Assembly (NCBI GenBank): GCA_965197905.1
Contig: CBDAOB010000005.1
Location: 704,001 to 768,000, forward strand
DNA length: 64,000 nucleotides
Direction of reading: 5' to 3'
Source of the DNA: Candidatus Latescibacterota bacterium
Lineage (GTDB): Bacteria; Latescibacterota; UBA2968; UBA8231
The notes below the pieces were generated by a model. It had not been told where the DNA came from. It worked only from the letters and a program-made list of their open reading frames with translations, and searched no databases. Numbering within the stretch: the stretch's first letter is position 1; each line of letters starts with the position of its first letter. Below are positions 18,287-28,881 of this stretch, in pieces. The position numbers were made by a program, and so were the translations under genes.

Positions 18287-19699
18287 ATGGTCCGCACACT
18301 ACTACTGTCAACGGCTTTCGCCATTGTGTACGCCGGCTGCGGCGATCCCATCGAGCGCCAGGTACGGGACGTTCTGTCGGGTGGTGAGGGGCGGGAACAG
18401 GCGATGATGGAACTCCTCCTACGGAGGGGCGACGTGGTCGAGGTGATCCTCCCGATTCTCAACGATACCACGCAACCGGCCGCAGGCCGGATCGATCTGG
18501 TGGATGTTTTGTGGAAGATCAATCTCCGCGAGGGCGACGTTCGCATTCTTGTAGCCCTGACCAAGCTGATAGGTGATCCTTCGTCCGATGTGCGCGCCAG
18601 CGCCGCTCAGGCGCTAGGCGACATGGAGAAGAAGAAGCTCGTCCATCCGTTGTTGGCGCGTCTGGTGGTCGAGGAGGTTCCGAAAGTGCAGCTGGAGATC
18701 CTGCGAGCGCTGGAGGTTTTGGATGGGTGGAAGATTCAGCTGGTGGGACAGCGGGCCCACTTCAGGGTTGATGGCGGTGCCCAGTTGACGCCGGACCAGC
18801 GCATCCAATTCACCCACCGAGTCAAGCACCTGTACCAAACCACCGAGCACGACAGCGTGCGCCTTCAAGCCGACGAATTCCTAGAGAAAATTGTAGCCCA
18901 GATTGCGCAAGACGCAGACAAGCTGGTCCTCAAGGCAGACCTGTCAGGAGCGGAAGCCCGGTACCGCGAAGCTCTGGAGGTGAAGCCCAACAGCAAGAAT
19001 GTTCTCATGCGGTTGGGGAAGTTCTACCTCGACAACCTTGATCGACCGCGAGGTTTGGAACTTCTGATGGCCAATGGACTGGCCATTCGGGCGCCGCACC
19101 TGGAACCAACCCCCGCCATCGACGGTGAACTGGATGAGCCGGTTTGGCGGCAAGCCGCCCGGATCGACAGTTTCTACGAGATGCGAGGATCCATGCGTGC
19201 CGTCTTGAGCCCGGGCCGGACCGAAACATACGTGGGGTACACTGACACCAGTTTGCTGGTGGCGTTCAAAGGGTATGAGGAAACCACGGCCAATCTCGTA
19301 GCGGAGGGCGCGAGGCGTGACGATAGGAATATTCCTCGCGATGATAGTGTGCTGATTTTCATGCACACGGACCGCGACGTGCATGTGTACTCTCACCTAT
19401 ATGTGAACAGCGTCGGCGCCATGGTCGACTGGCTCGTTGGAGTGAATAAGGGACCCTCCATCGACACCGCGTGGAATATGGATCCCACAGTTGCCAGCCA
19501 GGTAAACCCCACCCATTGGACGACCGAGGTGGAAATTCCCTTCAGAAGTCTGAACGACGTGAAGGTGAAAAAGGGGGATATATGGGGGTTCAGCGTGGGC
19601 CGACAACGAATGATTTACGAGTCGGAGCTAAGTCTGTGGACGCCTACCTATGGCCTCACGCGGCGTCCGGACCAGTACGGCATACTGTTATTTGATTAA
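18287..19699 (+). CDS. Lipoprotein with HEAT repeats, a TPR-like segment and a CBM9-like C-terminal domain
   Basis: Lipobox YAGC; DPSSDVRASAAQALG; AEARYREALEVKP; PAIDGELDEPVW..WTTEVEIPF. Confidence 0.7.
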   Translation: MVRTLLLSTAFAIVYAGCGDPIERQVRDVLSGGEGREQAMMELLLRRGDVVEVILPILNDTTQPAAGRIDLVDVLWKINLREGDVRILVALTKLIGDPSSDVRASAAQALGDMEKKKLVHPLLARLVVEEVPKVQLEILRALEVLDGWKIQLVGQRAHFRVDGGAQLTPDQRIQFTHRVKHLYQTTEHDSVRLQADEFLEKIVAQIAQDADKLVLKADLSGAEARYREALEVKPNSKNVLMRLGKFYLDNLDRPRGLELLMANGLAIRAPHLEPTPAIDGELDEPVWRQAARIDSFYEMRGSMRAVLSPGRTETYVGYTDTSLLVAFKGYEETTANLVAEGARRDDRNIPRDDSVLIFMHTDRDVHVYSHLYVNSVGAMVDWLVGVNKGPSIDTAWNMDPTVASQVNPTHWTTEVEIPFRSLNDVKVKKGDIWGFSVGRQRMIYESELSLWTPTYGLTRRPDQYGILLFD

Positions 19700-19726
19700 G
19701 TATCGATTCTACGCGGTCGAAACGAG

Positions 19727-21121
19727 ATGCTGCTTTCGCTTATTGTCAAAGAAATCGTCAACAACGTGCTCAGCCTGCGTTTCAGTGTCACGTTCGTCTT
19801 GTTCTTCGTGCTCATTTTGGTCAGCATCTTCGTACTGACGGATAATTACGGAAGCGCCCTGCGCGCCCACGAAGCTTCCGAAACGGATAGTCGCGACCGC
19901 TTGAACGACGTGCTGGAGGATAGCGACGACAATCAAAGCTTCAACAAACTCTTTCACGACAAAATACTGTACGACCAAGGGGTGTATAAAGGTCGCGCTC
20001 CGCTGCCGTTAAGTATTTTCGTAAGTGGTTTGGAAGCAGAGCTACCGACCCAGGTTAATACGCGCTTGGGAGGTACAGCGCGCATATTCAACGAAGAGTA
20101 CTTTCGCAATCCGCTTTTTGAGCTGTTCGCAACCCCAGATTACAGCTATTTCGTCAACATCGTGGTCAGTCTGCTGGCGCTGCTGTTCGTCTTCGATGCC
20201 GTCTGTGGCGAAAAGGAACGCGGGACCCTCAAGCTGCTGCTGGCCAACTCAGTGCCGCGAGATCTGGTCCTGCTGGGCAAATGGATCGGCGGGTACATCT
20301 CTCTGGCGGCTCCCTTCCTCATCGCCGTTCTGGGAGGGGTCGCCTATGTCTACTTGGTCGGTGCCATTCAGTTCACGGATGAGGTTGTGGCACGGCTATT
20401 GTGGATCGTCGGGGTTTCTCTGCTCTACATCGCGCTTTTCTTCGCCCTGGGGATGTTCATATCCACCGCTACACACAAAACCTCCACGGCACTCCTGGTA
20501 GCGCTTTTTGTTTGGGTATGCTGGATTCTTGTAATCCCCAACCTCACCCCCGTGATAGCCAGAATAGTGTCGCCCGTACCTACCTTGCAAAAGATAAATG
20601 CCGAAAAAACGGCGATTGACCGGGAGACCAATATACGCGTGACGCGACTTAGCCGGAACATGCTGTACTATGGTAAAAAGGCGCAGGACAAGCGCGGGAA
20701 GATTTATGAGGAAGGAACAAAACAGAAACGGAGGTTGGACCAGTTCTACCAGGACAAGCTTCAGACGCAGATTCGAGTCAGCAAGGTGCTGTCGCGCATC
20801 TCACCTTCGGCAAGCTTTATTTACGCCAGCAACGACCTGGCCGGCACCGGAGTGGGTCTGTTCGACAGCTTCAAACGCGCCTACAAACGATTGGGGGAAG
20901 AGTATCGAGAATGGGGAGAGGATTGGGATCACAATTATCACGATGATACGCTGGGGGATAACTGGTTTCAGGAGGGTCAGATCCCGGGCTTGACGGTTGT
21001 CCACACACGTCTGGACGATACGATAAGCGTCATCCTCATGGATATTCTGCTGCTCCTTGTCTTCAACGTGCTGTTCTTCATGCTCACCTATCTCTGCTTC
21101 CTGCGCTACGACGTCACCTGA
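19727..21121 (+). CDS. ABC-2 type permease subunit
   Basis: LIVKE, FDAVCGEKERGTLKLLLANSVPR, GKWIGG and C-terminal FLRYDV. Confidence 0.85.
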   Translation: MLLSLIVKEIVNNVLSLRFSVTFVLFFVLILVSIFVLTDNYGSALRAHEASETDSRDRLNDVLEDSDDNQSFNKLFHDKILYDQGVYKGRAPLPLSIFVSGLEAELPTQVNTRLGGTARIFNEEYFRNPLFELFATPDYSYFVNIVVSLLALLFVFDAVCGEKERGTLKLLLANSVPRDLVLLGKWIGGYISLAAPFLIAVLGGVAYVYLVGAIQFTDEVVARLLWIVGVSLLYIALFFALGMFISTATHKTSTALLVALFVWVCWILVIPNLTPVIARIVSPVPTLQKINAEKTAIDRETNIRVTRLSRNMLYYGKKAQDKRGKIYEEGTKQKRRLDQFYQDKLQTQIRVSKVLSRISPSASFIYASNDLAGTGVGLFDSFKRAYKRLGEEYREWGEDWDHNYHDDTLGDNWFQEGQIPGLTVVHTRLDDTISVILMDILLLLVFNVLFFMLTYLCFLRYDVT

Positions 21122-21136
21122 TACTCTGACGCAAGA

Positions 21137-22510
21137 ATGTTTTCGCTACTCATCCGCAAGGAACTGCTGGAACAGCTATTGAGCCTGCGCGCGGCCATGT
21201 CCGGCGTCATTTGTCTGGTTATTGTGCTGTCCAGCACCTTCGTGCTCACCCGGGATTTCAAAGAAGCCCTGGCCGACTATCGCACCAATCTGGTGATGCA
21301 CAAGCACGAGATAGAAGAGTCGAGGGATTTTGCCTTCGAGGGGATCAACATCGACAAACCGCTCAATCCGATGCAGATCTTTTTTAGAGGAGTCGGTAGA
21401 GAGTTGACCAGCACCGCGAGGGTGAGTGGGGAGCGGGAGCCGCAATTCGAAGCCAACTTCGAGCGCAATCCGGTTGTATTCCTGTTCCCTCCCATAGATC
21501 TGCTCTTTTTCATTGGTGTTATCATGAGCCTGCTGGCCATAGCCTTCAGCTACGACGCCATATCCGGCGAGAAGGAGCAGGGGACTCTAAAGCTATTGAT
21601 GTCCTACAGCGTGCCGCGCGACCAGGTGATTCTGTCCAAGTGGATCGGAGGCTACCTGGCAATGATCTTACCTTTGATTGTGTCGTTGCTTTGCGGTTTA
21701 GTCATAGTAATCCTGTTCCCGACTGTGGAATTGAGGCTCGAAGATTGGTCGGCTTTGGGCGCGGTGCTCCTGGTGGCGTTGCTCTACTTGTCGGCCATAT
21801 TTTCACTAGGGCTCTTCGTTTCGGCACGCACTCATCTGGCCTCGACCTCGATAACGGTACTGCTGATGGCCTGGGTCTTGACGGTGCTGGCTGCGCCGAA
21901 TATCGCGCCATATATCGCCAAACAGATCAAACCGGTGCGTTCGTTTACCCTGGTCGAGAGAGAGAAGTATCAATTGGAACGGGAGGATCAGCAGAAATTC
22001 GATGAGGGGATGGCGAGGTGGTCCGAGGAAAATCCTCACGTACCGGGACGATGGGGGCCGGAATGGCATGCCGAGTATTACTCCAGGAGGCTAGAACAGT
22101 TACCCCGAATCATGGACATGCAAAATCGAATCAACGAGCAATATCACAAACACCTAAACGAGCAGATACAGCTTGCTCAGAATATCTCACGCCTATCCCC
22201 GTTCTCATCTTTCGCCTACGCGGTCTCCGATCTGGCGAACACCGGGGTCAGGGATCGCAACCGTTTTATGGATCAGCTTCCCGATTATAGGAAAGAGGTC
22301 ACGGTCTTCGGTTTGGAACGCCAGATAGCAGCCGAAGAAACCGCGGACTACGAAGATGAGGCGATCATCGAGGGATATCCTCAATTCAGGCTCGAGGAGT
22401 CCGCCGTGGTCGACCGGATAAGCTGGGTGGATATACTGATTCTCGGGGTGTGGAACGTAGTTTTCTTCATGGGAGCCTATCTGTCGTTTCTGCGATACGA
22501 TGTGATGTGA
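21137..22510 (+). CDS. ABC-2 type permease subunit (paralog)
   Basis: LIRKE, YDAISGEKEQGTLKLLMSYSVPR, SKWIGG and C-terminal FLRYDV. Confidence 0.85.
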   Translation: MFSLLIRKELLEQLLSLRAAMSGVICLVIVLSSTFVLTRDFKEALADYRTNLVMHKHEIEESRDFAFEGINIDKPLNPMQIFFRGVGRELTSTARVSGEREPQFEANFERNPVVFLFPPIDLLFFIGVIMSLLAIAFSYDAISGEKEQGTLKLLMSYSVPRDQVILSKWIGGYLAMILPLIVSLLCGLVIVILFPTVELRLEDWSALGAVLLVALLYLSAIFSLGLFVSARTHLASTSITVLLMAWVLTVLAAPNIAPYIAKQIKPVRSFTLVEREKYQLEREDQQKFDEGMARWSEENPHVPGRWGPEWHAEYYSRRLEQLPRIMDMQNRINEQYHKHLNEQIQLAQNISRLSPFSSFAYAVSDLANTGVRDRNRFMDQLPDYRKEVTVFGLERQIAAEETADYEDEAIIEGYPQFRLEESAVVDRISWVDILILGVWNVVFFMGAYLSFLRYDVM

Positions 22511-22555
22511 TCCGCCAATTGCATGCCCTTCTACTAAACCTTAATCTTCCATGCA

Positions 22556-22936
22556 TTACAGTTCGAGAGGCTCCGGGGTCTTGAGCACGAAGAACTTGCG
22601 GACCGCCTTTTTGACCTTCCAATGGGTCTTGAGTCCTAGCGGGAAGTGAGCCATGTCGCCAGGGCCCACGTCATGACTCTTACCTCCCTCCTCTGTGACC
22701 GTGGCCTCCCCCTCCAGGACGTAGACGAACTCGTTCCAGGTATAGTCCCAGTTGAATTCGCCCGGCTCGCAGGTCCACAGGCCGCTGGACTGCGTCTTGT
22801 CGGCAGACTGGTTGAGGACCGCACCGCGCGCGACCGGATTGCCGGCGGTGATGGAGGCCGGGTCGATGGGCATGGCCGGCAATGGACCGGAAGGTGCGCT
22901 GGCCGCGACTATTCCAAGCATTTCGATATGGGTCAT
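22556..22936 (-). CDS. Cupin_3/EutQ-like cupin
   Basis: SGLWTCEPG, EFVYVLEG, GPGD..HFP.G and VRKFF. Confidence 0.88.
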   Translation of the reverse strand: MTHIEMLGIVAASAPSGPLPAMPIDPASITAGNPVARGAVLNQSADKTQSSGLWTCEPGEFNWDYTWNEFVYVLEGEATVTEEGGKSHDVGPGDMAHFPLGLKTHWKVKKAVRKFFVLKTPEPLEL

Positions 22937-23121
22937 TTTTTGATCTCCGATGGGATGGTGACGGGTTGGTTAAACCTGATACTGCCCGGACTGAAAGTCA
23001 ACGGGAAAAGCATTAGACGTTGCCCACGAATAGGGATCGATTCGTACCATTTACCCCCGACCGCCTGGACCGTACCATTGCACTGAGCGTTTAACTGCTC
23101 GAAGTGATGCGAGGAGAATTC

Positions 23122-23400
23122 ATGACGGAGAGCGCGGAATTCACGGTGCCGGCAGGGCAGCGGCAGCTGGTCATCGACGATTGCTTGCGCTTCACGCATA
23201 TCCAGCTATGGTCGAGTCGCGACGTCCGCAACTGGGAGAGGGTGGCGAATCGACAGGCCTCCATCCCGTGGTCACCAGGAGGCTCCGACGCCTGCGATCT
23301 CAACAAGAACATGCCGCCCTCCTGTCCGCTCGTGCGAGGCGAGGAGCTCTGGTTCTACTACTCGGGGCGCAAGGATGTCGAGGCGTCGCTCCGGTTGTAG
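23122..23400 (+). pseudogene. Internally deleted remnant of the beta-propeller family
   Basis: N-terminal FTVPAGQRQLVIDD joined directly to LRFTHIQLWSSRDVRNWERV..PWSPGGS..LVRGEELWFYYSGRK, both matching 35269-36720. Confidence 0.85.
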
Positions 23401-23602
23401 GGCTTCATCAGTCATTGTTGGAGCTCTTCCTCGGTGAGTATTGCGGAGGACGATCATTGCTACAAGACGCAATTGTTGAGCGCGAGTGACGACCAAGTGG
23501 GCTTCTATAGGAGCGTGGATTCCAGGACGCAAGGAGTCGGGGATTCAAGGGATATTTCGTTGACCGTTTAGGACCCGGGTACTCGCAGCGCTCAACGAGT
23601 TT

Positions 23603-24475
23603 TCAGTACAGTCTTCCCTTGGGATCGTGCCGCGAAGGTTTTGTTACCTTGCGTTTCCTCTTTTCCGCCTGTTGGCGGTAGCGAATCGGCATTTCCTTGC
23701 GGCGCCAGCGCAGAAAACTGCGCTCGTGTTCATCGCGGTTAGCGGCCGAGGGCGGAGCCGGGACCTCAATGGTGCCAAACAGCAGTTTCGTTTTCTCCCG
23801 CGAGTGAGCGACGATCTTGCCTTTGCTGATGATGAGGGTGCGTCCCACATTCGCTTCCACCACGGGAACCCCGTTCTCCCAGGCCCGTGCCAGCGCCGCC
23901 TCGTCCTGACGTTTGGTGCAATCTCCGTAGGAAGGGATCAGCAGGTAGCGCGCACCATCGAGCACGGGTAGGCGTCCGATGTCGGCGTTCCAGCGGTCGT
24001 TACAGATGAGAAAACCACACCGTCCGAACGGGGTGTTGACGGAACGACTCTTCTTGCCCAGTCGATTGAACCACCACGATGAGTGACTGCCCTCAGCTAG
24101 CTGCATCTTGTGGTATTTGCCCCGCAGTTTACCGCTCTGGTCGATGAAGACGGCACAGTTGTAGACGTTGCGGCCAATCTTCTCGGCACAGCCGAACGCC
24201 AGGCAGATCCCCAGCTCCTTTGCCAAGTCGCGGAAACGCCCGAGCTCGGGGCCTCGCATCTGAATGGCTACGTTGTTCATCCGCTGCAGCGGGACCTCGC
24301 CATTGAGAAGTTCGGTCACCACGTATCCTTCCAAAACTCCTTCCGGACCAAGAGCGAGCTGAGCTCCTCCTTTGGCGGCTCTGCGGAACATCTGCTCGAG
24401 CCGATCACAGTTAGCTTCCAACTCGAATTTCTTGGGCACAAACGAAATAGCTGCCACCTTCACTGACTGAAACAT
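23603..24475 (-). CDS. Carbon-nitrogen hydrolase (nitrilase superfamily)
   Basis: E-K-C triad in GPEG, KYHK and LICND. Confidence 0.9.
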   Translation of the reverse strand: MFQSVKVAAISFVPKKFELEANCDRLEQMFRRAAKGGAQLALGPEGVLEGYVVTELLNGEVPLQRMNNVAIQMRGPELGRFRDLAKELGICLAFGCAEKIGRNVYNCAVFIDQSGKLRGKYHKMQLAEGSHSSWWFNRLGKKSRSVNTPFGRCGFLICNDRWNADIGRLPVLDGARYLLIPSYGDCTKRQDEAALARAWENGVPVVEANVGRTLIISKGKIVAHSREKTKLLFGTIEVPAPPSAANRDEHERSFLRWRRKEMPIRYRQQAEKRKRKVTKPSRHDPKGRLY

Positions 24476-24680
24476 GTCTCGACACTCCCGCAGTTAGAGA
24501 TACAGCTCTCGAATTGGGGGAAGGTAGCAAATTGGGCGGTTAAAAACACTACCTAGCAGCCGGAATGGATTCTTGCCACGGGCTGCCAAGGTCTGGTTTG
24601 GCTCTCGTGGCTGGTCTATCTTCATCGCGGGCGGACAGGGGTGAGGAAGCGGACACGGTTTTCAACGCGGGTGTCAGAAT

Positions 24681-25544
24681 ATGGAACTGAACTTCAGCAT
24701 CAGTCTGTGGAACTACATTCACTACTTCCCTCTGAAAAAGGGGGGGACTAACTTCGCCTTTGACAACGGATTGGATGGGCTTGCCGCCGTGGTCGACGAT
24801 GTGGCCGCCCAAGGATTCGGCGTTGAACCCTGGTCTAAATGGACCAGCTGGGAATGGACCTCGCCGGCTCGGGAGGGTTTGATATCCCAGCAGATCGATC
24901 TCTTCGATCCGGACAACCATCCGCGTCTCAGCGCGATTCTCCGGGGCGTGCGCTCGAGCTGGCATACGGGCAACGAAGACACCATCGAGGAGTATCAGCG
25001 CCAGATCGACACCGTCGCCGCCACCGATAGTCAGGTGCTTGTGGTGCATGCCGGCAACCTGTTTCTATCGGGGCCTGATCCGGACTACGGTTTCGCGCGC
25101 GAGGTGCTCCAGTGTGCAGATGTCAAGAGCGTTACCCTCGCCCTGGAGAACGCTTCGGAGGGTGAGGCTGATGAAGATCCGTCCCTGTGGAATCTCGAGA
25201 TCTTGAGGCGCGCTCTGGAGGCCCTGCCCGACCTGAAGGTATGTCTGGACACCACCCACACGCAGAAGTACCGAAGGCATCCTCTGCGCGAGTACATCGA
25301 TGCCCTCAAGGAGCGCTTGTGTCACCTGCACATCAGCGATGCATTTGCGCCTGATGAGCCGTTCGCCCGCATGCACACCACACCCGGCCATGGGAGCATC
25401 CCGGAGGATGACTGGCAATATCTGCTGGAGACGCTCGATGAAATCAATTTTCGAGGTGACGCCGTGCTGGAGATCATTCCGTCGAGTCCGCTGAGGATCG
25501 CCCGGGAGACGCGCAGGTTTCTCGGGCAACTGGTGCCGGCGTGA
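24681..25544 (+). CDS. Sugar phosphate isomerase/epimerase (xylose isomerase-like TIM barrel)
   Basis: LALEN, CLDTTH, HLHISD, H..PG.G.I and VLE. Confidence 0.85.
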   Translation: MELNFSISLWNYIHYFPLKKGGTNFAFDNGLDGLAAVVDDVAAQGFGVEPWSKWTSWEWTSPAREGLISQQIDLFDPDNHPRLSAILRGVRSSWHTGNEDTIEEYQRQIDTVAATDSQVLVVHAGNLFLSGPDPDYGFAREVLQCADVKSVTLALENASEGEADEDPSLWNLEILRRALEALPDLKVCLDTTHTQKYRRHPLREYIDALKERLCHLHISDAFAPDEPFARMHTTPGHGSIPEDDWQYLLETLDEINFRGDAVLEIIPSSPLRIARETRRFLGQLVPA

Positions 25545-25578
25545 TCTCGGGCCAACAGATAGCGAGGGCAACGCAACA

Positions 25579-26940
25579 ATGAACGCAGCGGAGTTTCGCG
25601 TAACGACGGGGGAACGTCAGCTGTTTCTAGATGACATTGGCGTCCAGGCGATCGACCATCTCGAGCGCACTATGCATACGCCGGCTAAGAAAGGGGCGGT
25701 GCTACGAGCCGACTGGACCGTGGAGGATGACGCCACGCCGCAGATTCGCAGTGCGCCGCAATACGATGCCGAGGCGAAGCTGTTCAAACTCTGGGTGCGC
25801 GGCCGGCGCGAGAGCCCGGACGGACTGCACTGGCGGCGAGCATTACCGGACGCCAACACCGATCACGGCGAGGTGGTCTACGATGGCGACGATCCGGACC
25901 CCAGTCGACGATTCAAAGCGTTCTACCCCAACCGACGACATATTTCCGCCGACGGCATTACCTGGACGCAGCTGCCGGGAGATCCGGTGGAGAGCCAGGA
26001 TGAACACAATTTCTCCTTCGATCGGCGGGACCGGGTCTTCATCGCCACGGTAAAACAGAGCGGGCCCCACGGCCGTTCCGTATTTCTATCCACCAGCGAA
26101 GATTTCGCCAACTGGACGAGGCCGGAGCTGATTTTTTCCACGGACGAGAAGGACCAGGAGCTGGGGCGCGCCAACATCGAGGCGCGACGTGCCGATCTCA
26201 CGTTACAGCAACCGGGGTCCTATGATCCGAAGGTGTACAACGTCGATGTGTACAACATGGGAGTTTACCGCTACGAGAGCGTGTATCTCGGTCATCCCGC
26301 CATCTACCACGCCGTTGCCCCGCATCCTAACCCTACCTACCCCAACACCGACGGTTTTCACCTGGTCGAGCTGGTATGCAGTCGCGATTTGAAGAGCTGG
26401 CAGCGGCTGGGGAATCGCAAGCCTTTCATCGGTCCCTCCCCGTTGGGGACCGGGGCGTACGACCGCCAGCAAATCATCGGCCCCTCCGACGTGGTCGTCC
26501 GCGACGACGAACTGTGGATCTATTACACCGGACTTAAATATCGCGGTACCCACGAGTGGATCGGCGACTATCCGGAGGGCGAGATGAAACAGCTGCCCGG
26601 TTACGAACCGGACAGGGGGGCTATCTGTCTGGCGGTGTTGCGCCGGGACGGATTTATCTCACTTGATGCGGGAGCCGATGGCGGATCCGTAGAAACGAAG
26701 CTGTTTACGGTTCCGCCCGGCAGGTTGCACGTAAACGTGGATGCTCACGACGGAGAGCTGGTGGTCGAAGCTTTGGATCCCAAGGGCGCCGTACTCGCCA
26801 CTTCCGCACCCATCGCCGGCGACAAACCCAATCTCACGGTTGAGTGGCGCGAAGGAGATACAGCGGTCCTCTCCGGAAGGGAGGTGAGTTTTTTCTTCGA
26901 GCTGCGCAACGCCGAGCTCTACTCATACTGGTTCGAATAG
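25579..26940 (+). CDS. GH32/GH43-like beta-propeller protein (paralog 2)
   Basis: GERQLFLDD, DVYNMG, CSRDLKSW, ELWIYY, LAVLRRDGFISL and LYSYWFE. Confidence 0.7.
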   Translation: MNAAEFRVTTGERQLFLDDIGVQAIDHLERTMHTPAKKGAVLRADWTVEDDATPQIRSAPQYDAEAKLFKLWVRGRRESPDGLHWRRALPDANTDHGEVVYDGDDPDPSRRFKAFYPNRRHISADGITWTQLPGDPVESQDEHNFSFDRRDRVFIATVKQSGPHGRSVFLSTSEDFANWTRPELIFSTDEKDQELGRANIEARRADLTLQQPGSYDPKVYNVDVYNMGVYRYESVYLGHPAIYHAVAPHPNPTYPNTDGFHLVELVCSRDLKSWQRLGNRKPFIGPSPLGTGAYDRQQIIGPSDVVVRDDELWIYYTGLKYRGTHEWIGDYPEGEMKQLPGYEPDRGAICLAVLRRDGFISLDAGADGGSVETKLFTVPPGRLHVNVDAHDGELVVEALDPKGAVLATSAPIAGDKPNLTVEWREGDTAVLSGREVSFFFELRNAELYSYWFE

Positions 26941-26942
26941 CC

Positions 26943-27752
26943 ATGACCGTAGCGCAAACCGTTTCGCGTCTCAACGAAGAGGGATGGTGCCTGGTCGACG
27001 GGGTCATCCCAGAAGCTGAGGTGCCCGCCATACTTGAGAGTCTGGACCAAACCGAAATGCCTCAAGATACCTTCGGCGACGGGCAGCCAGGGCCCGGGAA
27101 GAAGATCCGTTCGGTGATAAACTACAACCAGACCTTTGCGCCCTACCTCGCCGACGAGCGAGTTCTTGGCACGTGCGAAGCGCTTCTCGGTCCACACACA
27201 AGGATCCTGGAAACCCTCTACAGTTCCGATATCTGCACCGAACGCGGTCGTTGGCACGCGGATTGGCCCTTCGCCCAGGACGACACCATACCGGGGCGCC
27301 TGCCAGCGCCTTATCCCGACGTGGTCATGGAGATTACCACCCTCTGGATGCTGGTGCCGTTTACGATCGAAAACGGGGGCACGCTGCTGATTCCCGGTAC
27401 TCACAAGGAGCCGAACAACCCGACGGGGGATTATTACGGCATCGGTCCGTTCGATCCGCATCCGGACGAGTTGCAGGTCGAAGGCGCTGCGGGTAGCGTG
27501 TTGATGTTCGACGCGCGACTGTGGCATGCCCGACCACTCAACCATTCCGGCGTTTTGCGGCCTATGCTCCGGGTGCTCTACGTGCCCTGGTGGATAAACC
27601 TGGATGTCTTCAAAGCAGGCTCCCTGGATCGTCTGCGTCTGGTGGAAGAGCAGGGTCTGGAGTGGCCGATTGTCGACCTCGTCCCCCAGGACGTCTTTGC
27701 GAAGCTGCCGGAAGACGTGCAAGCGGTGTTCGGACATTGGGTGGGGAACTAA
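26943..27752 (+). CDS. Phytanoyl-CoA dioxygenase (PhyH) family Fe/2OG oxygenase
   Basis: WHAD, ENGGTLLIPGTH and AGSVLMFDARLWH; ATG 3 nt after the upstream stop. Confidence 0.88.
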   Translation: MTVAQTVSRLNEEGWCLVDGVIPEAEVPAILESLDQTEMPQDTFGDGQPGPGKKIRSVINYNQTFAPYLADERVLGTCEALLGPHTRILETLYSSDICTERGRWHADWPFAQDDTIPGRLPAPYPDVVMEITTLWMLVPFTIENGGTLLIPGTHKEPNNPTGDYYGIGPFDPHPDELQVEGAAGSVLMFDARLWHARPLNHSGVLRPMLRVLYVPWWINLDVFKAGSLDRLRLVEEQGLEWPIVDLVPQDVFAKLPEDVQAVFGHWVGN

Positions 27753-27787
27753 AACTGGGATTATAGCGAAGGCCGAGGGACCCCAAC

Positions 27788-28798
27788 ATGATGGTGGAAC
27801 AAACAAGCGACGACTCGAAGGAAGTAGCCGAGCAATTCAAGCGCTCCAGGGACAGGGGGTGTGCTTTTCTACTCAAAGAGCTGGGAGCAAACGGCGCATT
27901 TCCCGCGGGCGAGCCCGAGGTAGGTCAGTACTACAAGACTCTGACCGCCTTTCAAGTCTGCGGCCACAACGACGCCGCCAATCGGCTGTGCCGTTGGATT
28001 CGCGCCGAAGGCATGACCGCCGATGGGGACTTTCAGCCGCGGGGGGAATCGACATCGGGGCATGCCTATGCGTACTTCAACGCCTGGGTAATTCTCGGAG
28101 CGCACCGACTGGGGCAATTGGATATCTCCCAGCGAGGCGTCGACTTTCTGTCGGGGTTTCACGATGAGCGGACGGGGGGGTTCTACTCCAGCCTGGAAGA
28201 ACGCGAAGCCGATACCAAACAAGATCTTATGGTGGTGAGCATGTGCGGGCTGGCGTTTCTCCAGGTCGGTCGATTGGAAATTGCGTGCAGGGTCGGCGCC
28301 TGGCTCAAAAACCTCATGGACGCCCAACCAGATTTTCCACAGCGTCTCTACACCGTCTACAGCCGTGCACTCGGTCTCCACACCGTTCCCGAACCCGGAC
28401 TCGAATTTCGCTACGTGGTGGTGGCCGACGCGCGAGACGATCAAGCCTTCTTCAATGCCGGCATAGCAGCCAGTTTTCTTTGTCGTCTGTTCCAGGTCAC
28501 CGGGGAGAAGCAGTGGCTGGAATTGGCGATGAGCTACATGAGTTTTGCCGAAGTGGCCAGTGATGAGCTGTTTCGCCTGATCCGCGCCGGCAAGGTGGGT
28601 TGGGCGGCGTCCTTGCTCTTCAGCCTTACGGGAGAAGAGAAGTACCGGGAGATGGCGATCAGGATCGGAAACAACCTGGAGGCACTCCAAGCCGAGCAGG
28701 GGTACTGGTCCGGTGTTGGCCAAACGGCGCCGAGCAACGATTCAACCGCCGAGAGGATGATCTGGATGGACGAGATTGCCCAGGTGGCACGTATTTAG
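27788..28798 (+). CDS. Hypothetical protein, probable (alpha/alpha)-toroid (terpene cyclase/six-hairpin-like)
   Basis: Helical repeats ending in NGAF, DGDF, TGGF and QGYW; LFQVTGEKQWLELA and LFSLTGEEKYREMA. Confidence 0.5.
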   Translation: MMVEQTSDDSKEVAEQFKRSRDRGCAFLLKELGANGAFPAGEPEVGQYYKTLTAFQVCGHNDAANRLCRWIRAEGMTADGDFQPRGESTSGHAYAYFNAWVILGAHRLGQLDISQRGVDFLSGFHDERTGGFYSSLEEREADTKQDLMVVSMCGLAFLQVGRLEIACRVGAWLKNLMDAQPDFPQRLYTVYSRALGLHTVPEPGLEFRYVVVADARDDQAFFNAGIAASFLCRLFQVTGEKQWLELAMSYMSFAEVASDELFRLIRAGKVGWAASLLFSLTGEEKYREMAIRIGNNLEALQAEQGYWSGVGQTAPSNDSTAERMIWMDEIAQVARI

Positions 28799-28881
28799 TC
28801 CGGGAAAGCCGACGTGTGCGCCATCTCAGAGTACGCCCGTCAAGCCCCTCATACCGTCACTTCAAACCGAGGTTGATTTCG

